The notes beneath the pieces were generated by a model. That model was not told the DNA's origin. It made no database searches and was given only the letters and a program-made list of their open reading frames with translations. The position numbers and the translations under genes are program-made. DNA of 64,000 nucleotides from a virus. Where the stretch lies: IMG/VR virus record IMGVR_UViG_3300035034_003774. The stretch is one strand, 5' to 3'. This document shows, piece by piece, positions 63,735 to 64,000 of this stretch (its first letter is position 1; each line of letters opens with the position of its first letter).

Positions 63735-63782
63735 AAAAAAACCGCTTTCTTTGGTTATACGAAAGCGGTTGTAAAATGTTGC
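63735..63782 (-). promoter_or_regulatory. terminator hairpin with embedded promoter (GCAACA-N17-TATAAC) directly upstream of the gltS-family gene
   Basis: 9-bp stem ACCGCTTTC/GAAAGCGGT (63741-63769) with the -10 TATAAC inside the loop, A-run 63735-63740 abutting ATG 63734, -35 at 63777-63782. Confidence 0.45.
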
Positions 63783-64000
63783 AACAAAATCAAGCTAATT
63801 GCTTGATCTTATTGAGAAGTGACTTAATTCTAATTCTTGTTTCTTCATTACCAATAATATACATTATGTCTGGCAATTGAGGGCCTGGAACACCTCCAGT
63901 CAATGCAAGTCTAAGCATTGGCATAGCCTTTCCAAGCTTTATGTCTAAGCTTGAGGACGCTGAGTCAAGACTTTCTCTTATGTTTTCTTGAGTCCAGTCA

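Noticed and set aside
1-64000. CRISPR arrays, IS elements, integrase or recombinase, rRNA genes
   Set aside because: There are no short direct repeats with regular unique spacers. No transposase, integrase or tyrosine/serine recombinase ORFs are recognisable. No rRNA-like GC-rich segments are present.

Overview
This is a 64 kb, strongly AT-rich, very compact window with almost no non-coding sequence. It is organised as three long co-directional gene blocks: minus strand 313-15449, plus strand 15547-21036, and minus strand 21037 to the window end. Overlapping or abutting start and stop codons are common, and there are many small ORFan proteins.

I saw no rRNA, no canonical tRNA, no CRISPR array, no transposase and no integrase. 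There are also no virion, terminase or DNA-polymerase genes in the window.

The gene content looks like the auxiliary arm of a huge (jumbo) phage or virus-like element of a Bacteroidota host, rather than a cellular chromosome. It includes LysRS, an ArgRS-like class I aaRS, RNase R, ClpP, DnaJ, dUTPase, a host-type sigma-A plus an ECF-like sigma, and a histone-H1-like protein. A type-IX-secretion (T9SS) C-terminal sorting-domain protein and a Bacteroidota-type sigma-A ('ITNRE' signature) point to Bacteroidota. This classification is an inference.

The most notable content is as follows.

1. **Candidate permuted tmRNA.** A candidate circularly permuted (two-piece) tmRNA gene lies at ~17500-17794 in a GC-richer island. 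It carries the G3:U70 and A73 alanine identity elements, an Ala-rich tag ORF and a strong terminator.

2. **TerY-P-like cassette.** A vWA - PP2C phosphatase - Ser/Thr kinase cassette, read along the minus strand, sits next to an AAA+ ATPase (45776-51980).

3. **RNA-repair gene set.** Hen1-like methyltransferase, a Pnkp-like kinase-phosphatase, an ERI-1-like exonuclease, Tpt1/KptA, a P-loop kinase, CYTH and a UVR-domain protein cluster at 54038-62197. Elsewhere there are a Thg1-like enzyme, a LigT-like 2H phosphoesterase, a Pol-beta nucleotidyltransferase and a YqeY-like protein.

4. **NAD/ADP-ribose gene set.** ADP-ribosylglycohydrolase, NADAR/YbiA, PncA nicotinamidase, a nucleoside 2-deoxyribosyltransferase-like protein and an H-x-G-H nucleotidyltransferase.

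5. **Repeated promoter motif.** A motif [T][G][A/T]AACA-N15-CG-TATAA[T/C/A] sits upstream of at least 10 minus-strand and 2-3 plus-strand genes. It is often placed immediately after a hairpin plus T-tract terminator. Two further shared upstream motifs (AATTAATTAATTCCAAT and ATTCGCAAT) also recur.
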